Source of the DNA: Proteromonas lacertae
Lineage: Eukaryota
Direction: 5' to 3'
Assembly: GCA_002245135.1 (NCBI GenBank)
Contig: NGBS01000012.1
Location: forward strand, 62,001 to 126,000
DNA: 64,000 bases
Made by a program: the position numbers and the translations under genes. Below the pieces are notes generated by a model that was given only the letters and a program-made list of their open reading frames with translations, was not told the DNA's origin and searched no databases. Within the stretch, counting starts at the first letter, position 1. Each line of letters begins with the position of its first letter. Below, one piece after another: positions 27,615 to 39,867 of this stretch.

Positions 27615-29002
27615 TTAGGGAACAATATATTTAGTAGGATCTTTAGTCCAATAATACTGTTCAGAGTCTTCCATAATAACACTATCAGTTCTAAACGCAA
27701 AAAATTCAATCAAAGAAGTAGTAGATGATTTACTTTCATACTCAGTTACATCAGAATACTTCTGTTTTTCTTCATTCTTTCTTTTTTCATGATTAATGAT
27801 ATTAGCAGGTGTTGTAGCATCTTTTAGTTGTTGTCTACAAGCAGCAACATGCTCATTATATACAGGATCTATTTTATTCAATGGAGTTAAAAACCTATTT
27901 CAATTATATTATTGATATATATATATACGGTTTATTACAATATTGACAATGTTTTACTTTTTGTGTATATCTTTCAATATCTCCCAGTTCTCTTATACAT
28001 ACTGTTATAATATATGAACATTGTTGTGGTTCTTCTATAGCCATTATCTTCGTCTAAATATATATATATAAATATATATATATATAATATACAATGCTTT
28101 TTCCACAATAAATCAATCTAACTTCTGTTTCTCTTCCTCTACCATTCTCATCACAATGTTGACCATTTGAAAATGCTTCTACATAATAAGGATGTCCATA
28201 ATATTGTCCTTTTTTATTCATTATCACTGATCTTGTCCCAGTATTTTGAATGTGATATAACATGTCATTACTATTGGCTGGATGATATTTACCTAGTGAC
28301 CAATTGAAGGTTGGAGGTTTATCAGCTGCTTCTAAATGAAATTGTCTAACTTCGTGATGGAAACACCATTTGTATTGCCAATAACCTCCTGTTGAATAAT
28401 CTAAACATACATTTTCATATTTGGCTAAGATTTTTTCTTCTTGGTTGGTGTTACTATTGTCATATTTTTTGAATAATGCTTCTATTTCTTCAGGTTTTGT
28501 TGGTGTAAACACTGGTTTCTTTACTTCTTTAGGAGGTTCTTCTAGAATGGGTTTAGATTCTGGAGTTTTTGGTTTTGGTGCTATATATGAATAGCCAACT
28601 TCATAATTGCATGTAGTACAGTGTAATGTGTGATAGTGGTAAGGAGGAAAACTTGATTTCACTGTATATTCTGTAGAACCTTCATATAAAGCGTTATCAA
28701 CTACATCTTTAAATGTTACTACATCTGTTGTTTTGTCCTAAAGTGATATATAATGTCTTAATTGATTATACCTTTAAGTCCTGAATTCTGTATGTTACAG
28801 CATCAGAAGATATATCATGAGCATACCCAACAATTTGAGCATACGGAGATTCAACTGGACAGTATTTTGATCTTAATGCTAGCTCATTACCGCAGTATTT
28901 GCACAACAGCTTTGCATTTGGGTCATACTCATGCCCAAAAGCATTATCAATTAAAATAAATAGAAAGTACAATCTCAGAAACTTCTTTCTCAAAGTAGCC
29001 AT
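27615..29002 (-). CDS. Secreted/ER-lumen protein: signal peptide + CULT (cereblon/Yippee-like) Zn domain + MRH/PRKCSH (OS-9-like) lectin domain
   Basis: LLCKYCGNELA and SFPPYHYHTLHCTTCNYEVGY give two CxxC pairs. MRH motifs CLDYSTGGYWQYKWCFHHEVRQFH, NGQHCDENGRGRETEVRLIYC and EEPQQCSYIITV. Confidence 0.75.
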
Positions 29003-29006
29003 TTTT

Positions 29007-29759
29007 ATGGAAGAAACGATTCCTGATGATAATGAAGCGTAATTTTGAAATATAATATATTTATTAGCTACAAGACACCTGAATATTGGAATTCAAGGTT
29101 CGCAAAAGAAGAATCATACGAATGGCTTGTACCGTATGAAAAAGTAAGTGAAATGTTGAAAGAATATATTAAAACTGAATGTATATTGATGTAAATATAT
29201 TAATTAGACAAAATACTCGTTGTAGGTTGTGGTAATTCGCAATTTAGTTATGGGTTATATTCTGACGGTTTTAATAATATCACAAATATAGACTATAGTG
29301 AGATAGTAATAAAGAATATGTCTGAAAAATACAAAGTATGTAATATGAATAAATAATTGATTAATTTATTTAGGATACTTCTATGAAATGGTTATCACAA
29401 GATATGAGAAATTTAGAGTTTGAAAATGAAGAATTTGATTGTGTTATTGATAAAGCAGGAATGGATATATCATTTTCACTTTTTCATATATTATTTTCAT
29501 TTAATTTACATTTTAAGCGTTAGTAGCTGATGAAGGAGATCCATGGGATCCAAATGAACAAACAAAAGAAGATGTTAGAAAGACTTGTGAGAGTATTTCA
29601 AGAGTGTTGAAAAAGGGAGGATATTTCTTACAGATTTCTTTTCAACAAGCTCATTTTAGAAGAAAATATTTGGAATATGAAGAATATGGATGGGATTACA
29701 CTTACAAAACCATTCCTGAAGGATTGGGGTATTTTCTTTATATATTGCATAAGAAATAA
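29007..29759 (+). CDS. EEF1AKMT4: eEF1A lysine methyltransferase 4-like (class I SAM MTase)
   Basis: Spliced: YKTPEYWNSRF..YEW, ILVVGCGNS, ITNIDYS, DMRNLEF..FDCVIDKAGMDALVADEGDPW, RVLKKGGYFLQISFQQAHFR. Not in the ORF track because of introns. Confidence 0.85.
29467..29516 (+). other. U12-like AT-AA intron (50 nt)
   Basis: Donor ATATCATTTT, branch-like TTCATTTAAT, end TTTTAA. Removal restores the conserved DKAGMD|ALVADEGDPW. Confidence 0.8.
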
Positions 29760-29911
29760 GAATATAATAAGTTTTGCATGTATTTTATTTTCTAGATGTT
29801 GTTCCTTTATGATTAAAAAATGAAACAAAAAATAATAGAAACGGACAAAATTTTAGTTTCATTATATTTCGTTATTATATTTTTGAGTTAAATAATAACT
29901 AATTTGTAGTA

Positions 29912-32435
29912 ATGTTTCCAAAAACAAAGCCTTATAGTGCTTATCCATACGCAGGAGGTGCAGCTTATTCAACATTCAATAAAAGATCACCTTATGGCAA
30001 ATGCAGCAGTAGACCTCCAGTATCTTACAGTTATTTATTATATGATAATAGCATAAATCAAAAATACGATTTCATAAAGATGTTTGGGCTGAGCAACTTA
30101 GATTCTTAGATTATCTATACAACGATCAAAGACGACGTGATATGGAAATAATAAATGAACAAAATATGCGAATGCTGCAAAGATTGCATGAAATGCCTCC
30201 TTCAATACCTCCAACCCTCTTTAATCGAGCATATGAAGAAAAACAACAAGCATTAAAACGTGCAAAGCGTAATAAAGTAAGAAAATGTATTATTTATGAT
30301 CTATATTTATTGTAATAGTAACTCCAATTCGAAATCCCTTCTTATTCACCAGTCAAACTCCATAGTCAAAGTGGAACAATAGTATCACGAAAACAAAGAA
30401 AGACTCCAAGTCAAGAAAAGGAATATATGTTATTCTCAGAGAATAGATTAATTGGACATTACAATCAACCTTGTGATGTTTTTATATATGAGAAATTACA
30501 TTTAATAGATAGAGAAAATGAAGCATATACCAGTGATTCTATATATATATTAATCCAAGATATGACTGGGAATGAATTTACAGTCAATATTCCATTAGCA
30601 GAAGTAATAAATATATGTGAAGATAATGAAGAAATATATGAGAAAGTTAAAGATACAAAAATAGGATCTGATCCAGATGTCTATACCTCCATCGCATATG
30701 CAATCAATTTCCCCAATGATATGAAAGGAGTAGCTGATTTTGCAGATTATATATTAAAGAAATTTGATATTATTGATGGACAATTAAAGATAGAAGGAAT
30801 GAGTGATATTGATAATGAAACAATGAAAGGAACATCGACTCCATTAGAAATGGAAGATGTTCAAGATGATACACATCATGAAACACAAAATGAAGAAGGA
30901 AATAATCAACAGCAAGAAGAACATAATAAAGAAGAAGAAGAAGAAGAAAAGAAGGAAGATTCAAAAGTTGTTATATTACCTGATACTATAGTAGATATTC
31001 CCTGAGACAAAAGATTCTGAAGGCCAGACTGATGAAGGATTAGAAGATGTAAAGAAGAAGGAAAGTATGAAATCAGATAGTACAGTCGCATTACCTGAAG
31101 GTATGAAACAGGAGGATTTAGATGATATGAACTTTGAATATGAAGATGAAAAGAAGCAACAAAAACAAGATGAAGAAGCACAGCCATCTGAGGAAGAACA
31201 AACAGAACAACCAGTAGAAGAGGAAAAACAACCAGTTGAAGAACCAGCAGTTGAAGAACCAGAACCAGCAGTTGAAGTTCCTGAAACAGAAGAACAACCT
31301 ACTGAGGAGGAAGAACCTGCTGAAGAAGAACAACCAAATGAAGAACCAGTTGAAGAAGTAGCTGCTGAAGAGGAAGTGGTAGTTGATGAGCATGAAGGTG
31401 AAGAAGCAACAGAAGAACAACCAGCTGAAGAAGAAGTAACTGAAGAAGAACAGCAACCTGTTGAAGAACAACCAACTGAGGAGAAAGAACCAGCAACAGA
31501 AGAAGCTGAAGAAGCTGCTACTGAAGAAGAAGAACAACCTGTTGAAGAACAACCAGCAGTGGAAGAAGAACAATCAGTAGAGGAACAACCAGCTCTAGAA
31601 GAACAACCAACAGAAGAAGAAGTAACTGAAACAACAGTTAATGAAGAACCAGTTGAAGAACAACCTACTGAGGAGGAAGAACCAGCAACGAAAAAATCTG
31701 AAGAACCTGTTACTGAAGAACAACAACCAGTTGAAGAAGAACAACCAGCTCTAGAAGAACAACCAGTAGAGCAACAAGCTGTAGAAGAACAACCAACAGA
31801 GGAAGAACAACAAGGTGAAGAACAACCAACAGTAGAACCAGTTGAAGAAGCTGCTACTGAAGAACCATCTGAAGAAGAACAACAACCAGATGTAGAACCA
31901 GAACCAAATGAAGAAGAAGTGGATGTTGAAGAAGAAACACCAGGAGAAGAGAATATTGTTACTGCTGAAGAAGAAGTTGAAGTTCAACCAACAAATGAAG
32001 AAATACCAACTGAAGAACAGCCAGTTACAGAAGAAGAAGTAGCAATTGATGAACATGAAGGCGAAGAAGAACCAACACCAGCAGAGGAAGAACCAGCACC
32101 AGCAGAGGAAGAACCAGCACCAGCAGAACTAACAGCCAGAAGAGCAACCAGCTGAGGAGAATCAAATGGCTGTAAATGATGAAGATGTAGACTTAACAAA
32201 AACACAAACACAACCATATGTGAATCATCTACAAGATACATTTAAAGAATCAACTGTAGATAGTTTTGGATCTTTTAGTACAAATGATTTTGATGATGAT
32301 GAAACAAATAATCAAGAACCTCCTTCACTGGGTAATACACAACAAACAGACCAGACAGATGATTTTAATGACACATTTACATCTGCTACAAGTAAACCAA
32401 CAAGTAAATCTTCTTTAAGAAGACATGCTAACTAA
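29912..32435 (+). CDS. Protein with N-terminal CFAP97/KIAA1430-like helix and very long acidic Glu/Pro/Gln repeat tail
   Basis: After the first intron it reads RRRDMEIINEQNMRMLQRLHEMPPSI. ORFs 30427, 31067 and 32166 join if single extra bases at ~31001 and ~32131 are removed. Confidence 0.55.
31180..32155 (+). repeat. Degenerate coding tandem repeats (EEQP[V/T/A]EE; 21-nt CCAGCAGAGGAAGAACCAGCA units near 32078-32127)
   Basis: Directly visible GAAGAACAACCA reiteration. Confidence 0.85.
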
Positions 32436-32590
32436 CTCTTTCGTTATTTTATTAATACTCAAGGTGTCATATCTATTAATAATGTAAATTATTTTAATAT
32501 ATTATTTTAATTCCATTTTTATTTTGAAAATCCAAAATAATTAAAAATTTGTTCGTTTTGTGTTTGAATCGTTATATTTGTTTATCTTTT

Positions 32591-33964
32591 ATGAGTAACA
32601 CTGATACACGTATAAAATAGTGTTTATAAATTCATATTTAGGCGAAGGAACTCAACTGCATTTATTAGATAGCACAACTGACATACTAAAATTTTCTTGC
32701 CGTATATTTATAAAATATCTCAATTTAGTAAATAAGTATGAATTAAACTGCCTTGTACACATATATTTACAGCTAAAATCGTATAATTGATTTTATTACT
32801 GTAGAAATGAGCCAGGTATTCAGAAATCTCAAATTCTGCGGATGATCCAGTTTCAACCTTGCGATCTTTTTGATCAAATCACCAGTGCTATACGTATTTA
32901 CTTTTTTAAACCTATCCATTATAGATTTATTTAACAGAAAAGGAGAAGCTGATGAAGCTTCAGTAAATTACCTTACTATAGATGATTTTCTACAGATAAT
33001 AATAATATATGGAGTATTTCCTACTAAATTACAATTGAGATGTATAATTTGAAATCTTACTCTATTGTATATAGTAAGTTTTATATGTTGTGATTTAGTA
33101 GATGATGTTAATGTTAGCGATGTATAATAATAATTTCCTTAATTCTAATTAAAATAGAAAAATTTTGTTCATTTAGTCAATATATTGAGTGGAGGTAAGA
33201 TTAATGTAGCAGATGTTATGCATTATTATACTGAACAATCAAAAGGTGGAAAAACCTTAGTTAGAACAGAAGATTTATTAGAATTATTCATAAAACATAA
33301 TTTATTTATTCTACAGCAGTCATTAAGTGAATCAATTCAAGATTCTGTGTTTTCCACACGAGTATCAAATACAATCAAATACAAAATAGACAATATCAAT
33401 GAGATTAAGAAATACCAAATGCAACATAATGGAGAATTCCCTCCCCTTTCCTGTATGGATAATTTAATAAGAATAATTAATAAACAACCACATCCATATT
33501 CATACGATTTTATTGGTGCAGATATCAATGACATTTACAACTTTTTACGAAGAATAAAACACATTTTAATGGCAAATATTAAAGTGTATAAAGTTAGTGG
33601 AGTAGCTCAACATCCCATGTTAAATCGAATAAAAAGACAAGGTAGTTCAAGAGGTGTTCAATACAGTTTAACTCAGAATAGAAGTACTAAAAGTACGAAG
33701 AGTTTGAGTGGCTTAATAACTACTAATACAGGGAATGTAATGTCACAGTGTTCTGAATCTTATAAAAATGGTGCAACATTTTGTAGTCCTTTATCAGCGA
33801 GATGTATAACAAGAAGTAGTAGTAGTACTAAGGATAATAACAAAGAAAATGTGAATAAAAATAAAAGGAGTTTTAGTAGAACTTCAAGTGCAGCTATGAG
33901 AGCTAGATCTCCATTAGCTAATCATAGATTAATAGTTAAAAGAGAATGCAGTGAATGGTTGTAG
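32591..33964 (+). CDS. Uncharacterised degenerate EF-hand-like protein (paralog of 61088-62334)
   Basis: Six GT-AG introns give a continuous ORF. Shares the F..N.F..Q....I......IK.....EI..YQ..NG..P....P..YD pattern with the 61 kb gene. Confidence 0.6.
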
Positions 33965-34156
33965 TGAAGAGTAATGGATGTGAATTAGAACGGTTGTAAG
34001 AGATGAAGTGTATATTATAAATAAATAGGTTAATTTAAATATAAGACACAATTTAATTTTTTTAGGTATTACTTCAATACATATATCATTTTTATATTTA
34101 TCTTTATTTTGTTTTATTTTTGTTTAATAGGAAATATAAAAACATAATCTACATAC

Positions 34157-35431
34157 TTAGTTAAGGTTATTTCTTCTCTTTTCAGCTTTCAATTTTGCTT
34201 CTTTTAAACTCTTTTCAAATGGAGGATAACATATTCCTTCTTCAGTTATAATGCCTGTAATATATTTGTGTGGAGTTACATCAAAAGCAGGATTATATAC
34301 TTTCACATCTTTTGGTGCTATTCTAGTATTACCAACCATTGTTACTTCTTCAGCATTTCTTTCCTCAATTGGTATATCTTTACCAGTCAATGTATTTAAA
34401 TCAATAGTGGTAGTTGGAACTACAGGATATACAGGAATACCATTCTCATGAGCTAATACAGAAATCTATATTATCAATAATTATACAATTTATATATATA
34501 CTTGATAAGTACCAATTTTATTAGCAACATCGCCATTAGCAGCAACTCTATCAGCTCCATATAACACAATATCAATTTTACCTTGCAACATTAAACTTCC
34601 AGCTGCATTATCAGCTATTAAATGCATTGGAACTCCTACTTTAGTTAACTCCCAAGCAGTTAATCTTGCACCTTGTAATCTTGGACGAGTTTCATCTACA
34701 TATACATGAATATTCTTATTTTGTTTAAAACAGGCTATTTTATTATTAAAATAATAACAAAATATACTATAAATTACTCCTAATGCTGTTCCAATATCGA
34801 CAGTTGCTAAAGCACCAGTATTACAATGATGTAAAATATTATAATTGGGAAGAACCACTTCACTACCATATTCACCCATTCTGCGGTTGATTTCTACATC
34901 CTATTAAGTAGAATAATTACAAATATTATATATATACTTCATTTGTGATTAATAATGATATTTCTTCAGCTTTTTTAATGATTTCTTCCTTTGATGAACA
35001 TTTTTCTATTTCATTTAACATTCGTTTAGTTGCCCACATTAAATTTACAGCAGTTGGACGAGATGAATCGATTTTATCTTTTGTCAATTTCATAAATAGT
35101 TTCAATTCTTCTCTATATATACAAATAAATTAATTCAATGATATACACATCATCATTAGGATATGATTTTGCTGCTAATAGCATTCCAAATGCACCAGCT
35201 GCTCCAATTGCAGGTGCTCCTCTTACTTTCATTGTTTTTATTGCATCAATAATCTCATCAACATTACTGCCTAATAATAAGATTATAATGAAAACAAAAG
35301 ATACATGTAATCATTTTGAACTCTTCTGGAAGAAGTGTTTGATCTATCATTTCAACAGCTTTACCCTATATATAATATATTAAATATGTTACATTCCAAG
35401 ATATTGTTAATGTACCGAGAATTCCAGGCAT
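34157..35431 (-). CDS. MRI1: Methylthioribose-1-phosphate isomerase
   Basis: [83 protein letters not shown]. Confidence 0.95.
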
Positions 35432-35535
35432 TTAAAAAAAGAGATAAGTTTGACAAATGTTTGATTCTGTTTTTCAAAATTGTCTGAATTAACAACAAAA
35501 CAAATTAAAAAAACAAGAAAAATAATAAAATTGAA

Positions 35536-36305
35536 TTATAATATAGTCTCACCTTTCAACGAAATGAGCAAATTGTATATGAAAGTATCAACTAATCCCA
35601 TAATTGAAACCATACCACCAATAATAGCAAAAATGGAAGTAATATAATGGCCTAATGATTCTCTATTCTCTACAATATTCATAATAATAGGTGATATGTC
35701 ATAAATCAAATACACACCAGCAACTCTATACGATCTATCACTAACTTGTCTAAACAAGTGATTAAGTGAATATCTACAAAATATAATAAAAAAATTATAT
35801 ATACTGATTAGAAGATATAACTTCACCATCATATTTTGTATATTTAGTAGGAATAACTTTAGCAAAATATTGATACAAACCTGGTGACTTATTGATTTCA
35901 GTTCTATTGTATAATGGATTAACAACACCAGGAATATCTGGACCAAATGAAAATGAATGGAATTTATGAGTTGTATCATATTTTGAATTAGTAAATTCTA
36001 ATAATTCAGTTTGATTGGTGAAATAATATTGCATTGCTTTACCTGGAGCAAAATCTAAATATCCTTTACTCTATATATAAATATATAAATAATAATTATA
36101 TATATATATACTTTACTAACATATACTACACCTCCAATATTACATCCTTCACCTTTTTGGCTTTCATATTCTTCTTTAAATGTTGCACTTGAACATTGAT
36201 CCATTCCTCTTGGATAAAACTGCCATCCTTTTTGTTGATATGCTTTCTTTACTTCTTCACAGGTGTTACAACATCTACCTGCTGGTAATGCACCATAACA
36301 ACTAC

Positions 36306-36336
<31 letters not shown>

Positions 36337-36914
36337 AATCATCAATATAAATTGGATTAATATGATTTTTAATAATTTTATATACTTGGTCTAGCGACTG
36401 TTTTTGCAGTTTCATTACTTAATACTTGTTCTTCATTCAATGTCTCACCTAATTGTGTTTCTTGGTATTCTCCTACTATATTACCATCTTTAAGACGAAG
36501 TCTTTTTATATTTGTTTTAATATCACTCTTTGAATGCTTCAATGCGTCATGATGACCAACTGTAATTAATGCACATCTTAAACTATAAGATAAAGAATAT
36601 TGTAAATAATTAATACTATGGAAAGGAAATATTAAAGTAAATGGGAAGTAGTGTATCATGATCGTTATCGATTTCTATTGATTCTTCTGGTTTCTATTCG
36701 AATTAATAATTTAAATAGAATACAACTGAAAAATAATTCATACTCTCTAGTGTTATTAAATATAATATGAGTAAAAATGTGAAAATAGACACTACGAAAA
36801 GAATATAGCTATAAATATTATACTGCAACCACCAGTCTTTGTCCTTATCCTAAATTCACCAAACAACTTAGGAAAAGCATCTAAATTCCTTATATTATTC
36901 ATTAGACTAGACAT
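35536..36914 (-). CDS. ERGIC3: ER-Golgi intermediate compartment protein 3 / Erv46-like
   Basis: LDAFPK..RTKTGG, CGSCYGA..CCNTCEEVKKAY..GW, EGCNI, YQYFAKVIPT, YDISPI and C-terminal TM AIIGG. Confidence 0.9.
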
Positions 36915-37014
36915 TTGAGAAAAAAAGAAAAAAAATGTTGTTCCAAAATTAAATAGAAATATAATCGTTTCAAAGTTCAAATTTTTCGTTTTTCTTTTTT
37001 GATAGTCTTTAAAA

Positions 37015-38305
37015 ATGCCATGGTCAGATATAGAATCACAAATTGATATGTTGAAAGTATATTTTGACTTTATTTATCGTATTATAGAAATGTCAACAAG
37101 ATCAAAAACTGAAATTAGAATTTGACTTAGATAATTTATATGTATTATAACTATTCTCTTTATGTATTAGATTGAAGCAAATTTTACTCCAGAGTTAGTT
37201 AGATTAATGGAAATGGAGGAAGCAGCAACTCAAGATCCAACAATGTATATAATCATACTAATATAATGCTATAGAACTCAAAGAAACCTTCATGTGAGTG
37301 ATAAAATTGATTTAATGGTATTTTAGTAATATATCTTATATAATGGTATAGATGAGAAAAGAAATATCAAAAGCCCAGAATAGACAAGTAACAGAACAAA
37401 AGAAAAGAGTACAAAGTCTATTTGACAGACAAGAAAAAGAAAGAAATATATTATTACAAAAACTAGGTGAAAGAATAAGAATATTAAGAACTACATTGTA
37501 TATATTCATATATTAATTATTACTTGTAATAGTGACCCAACAGAAGAACCAGATCCAGCACCACCAGCTCTTACTCCACAGCAAGTATTTGAAGAAAAAT
37601 ATCATTCTTTATATTCATTATTATTTTCATATTTATATCACCTTAATTCTTATTCTTTAAGATTGAAGCACTACGTCAAAATGCTCAATTTCATTTAGCA
37701 GATGATGATATGTTGAATATGAAGGTCGCATTTCAAATTCAAAGAGACAGAATTGAATTTGATTGGTCACAATATTCAAAGCAAATGTATAATAGTTATA
37801 AAATGAGAAGAGCGGAATTGACAGGTGAATCATTTACTCCAGAACCAACTGAGTTTGACCAACCTGCTTATTGGAAGGAAAGAGAAAAACAAGAGAAATT
37901 AGTATGATTATTTTAATTATTTCAATTTTTTAATATTTTTAATAATAGATTCATACTGCTCCTATTTTAACTCCCAATATTCAAGTTCAAAGTATGAATT
38001 TAGTTGGACCAATCGAAAAGCAGGTACAAAGATTAGATATGACATACAATGATGCAATTAGACAATTGAATTTACAGAAACAAGATGCTTTGAGATGGAT
38101 TAAAAGACAGGAAGATAGAATGAATATTCAGATAGAATGCTCTAGAAGTTTCTTACAATTGAAAGAAGCTTTGCAGAAGAAGGAAGATGAACATTTCAAA
38201 TATATCAAAAATACACTTAAAAATATGTATTTTGGTAAAGATATGACTGCTGCTGAGATGTTAGGTATAAAATCATCAACTCCAGGAAAGCAGAAGAGAG
38301 TTTAA
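37015..38305 (+). CDS. Uncharacterised coiled-coil protein
   Basis: Multi-exon ORF from MPWSDIESQIDML to KQKRV, helical and charged. No family recognised. Confidence 0.6.
37599..37660 (+). other. U12-like AT-AA intron (62 nt)
   Basis: Donor ATATCATTCT, strong branch TCACCTTAAT, end CTTTAA; restores EEK|IEALR. An alternative 77-nt GT-AG intron (37585-37661) is also in frame. Confidence 0.6.
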
Positions 38306-38406
38306 ATTAATTTACATAAAATTTCCTTTTTTTTTGATTTGGTTTTGTGTATTAAACTGGAATAATGGAAGTATAAACAATGAAATTCAATAAATCATAT
38401 GACAAT

Positions 38407-39785
38407 TTACATACAATTATGATAATTAATCCAATCAATGGCTAATCTATCACAATATTGCTTTTTAGTGGGTAAAACTGTATCACCAAATGCTACATGA
38501 CCACCTTCTTGAGTAATACAAGCAATTATCTATATATAAAAAACAATGTCTATATTAATCTATACATTTTCATTATTTCTTACAACATCTTTATCCAAGC
38601 CTCTAATAGAACAAATTGGATCAGTTTTAGCAGAAATTAAAAGTAATGGAATTCTTACATTCTCTAAGCACAAATTACCATTTCCATGATTATAATAATC
38701 ATCAGCAGATTTATAACCGAAAGCAGGAGCTGTAACAATATCATCAAATTCATAAACACTTTTAATATTATTCACTTTCTTTTGAATATCTTTATCAAAC
38801 CATTCTTTCTATATATATCATAATATATACTTTAAATATATACATGTTTATTAAACACTCTTTTGAGTAAATTACCCATAACATAATTATAAATATATCT
38901 TCCCATAAAAGTACTATTCAAATCTGTATTATCTACAGCTAAATTATAAGGTGGAGATATTGAAACTATTATAATATATATATATTCATTTATACCTGCA
39001 CTTCTCAAGAAACATTTATCTTTTTGTTCTCCACAGTATCTTAATAATAAATGAGCTCCAAGTGAAATTCCTACTGCATTGATCATTGTATCTTGTGGTA
39101 ATTGTGATCTGATATGTTCTAATGCAAATGTCATATCCTAAACAAAAGAATATTAAATTAAGAAAAAGATATAAAATACTTCAGTGTTTAAAGCACAAAA
39201 AAATCTCTTTGTCTTCATTTCTGTACCTCCACAACCTCGAGCTATCATAACAACACACTATTTACAATAGAATATATAATAATACTCTATATCCCTTTGT
39301 TTCTGCTTCGTCAACAATCCATTGAACATAATCTTCATCGGAACTTCCTGTTAAACCATGAAAAAATACAACTGTTGGTCTTAATACATTCAAACTATTT
39401 CCATATTAGAAAATATTTCTATTATTATACTCTCTTGACCTCCAATCTATAGAGATTTCACCTCCATCTTTGGTAGTTAAAGTTTCTCTCTGTATGATTG
39501 ATAAATATTGTATATACGAAATATTTTTGTTTAGGATTTGGAAATGAACGAAAAACAGTTAAAAAAGCTGTTTGGAAGTGTTGATTCAATAACCATATTG
39601 TTGGTTCGTATATTTTGATTCTTGATATTTTCTAATTCATTTTTGATATAAAGAAAATGAAATACCTCAATTTTATCTTTATTCTCTTTAGTATCTTTGT
39701 ACACAAGTTCATTTTTGGTTACTCGATTGAAATATCTGTAAATTACTTTCAAAATGATATAACTAAATACTAGTAAAATAATCAT
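38407..39785 (-). CDS. ABHD1/3 (YheT-like) alpha/beta hydrolase
   Basis: N-terminal TM, RETLTTKDGGEISIDW, FHGLTGSS, ARGCGG, GISLG nucleophile, SAKTDPI and EGGHVAF. Confidence 0.9.
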
Positions 39786-39867
39786 TTTCTTTCAGTTTTT
39801 GAATTTTGTTGGTTGTAGTGTGTTTTATACATATTTTTCTTGTGATATTTTTGACAATACATTCAAT

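Noticed and set aside
32078..32127. Short direct repeats resembling a CRISPR array
   Set aside because: Coding 21-nt tandem units with no unique spacers, in a eukaryotic gene.
31118..32241. Phe/Leu-rich minus-strand ORFs
   Set aside because: Antisense shadows of the GAA-rich Glu repeat.
35271..35304. MRI1 intron starting GTATCTTTT, a possible GT-AG U12 intron
   Set aside because: Its 34-nt length fits the major class and it has no convincing CTTAAY branch; ambiguous.
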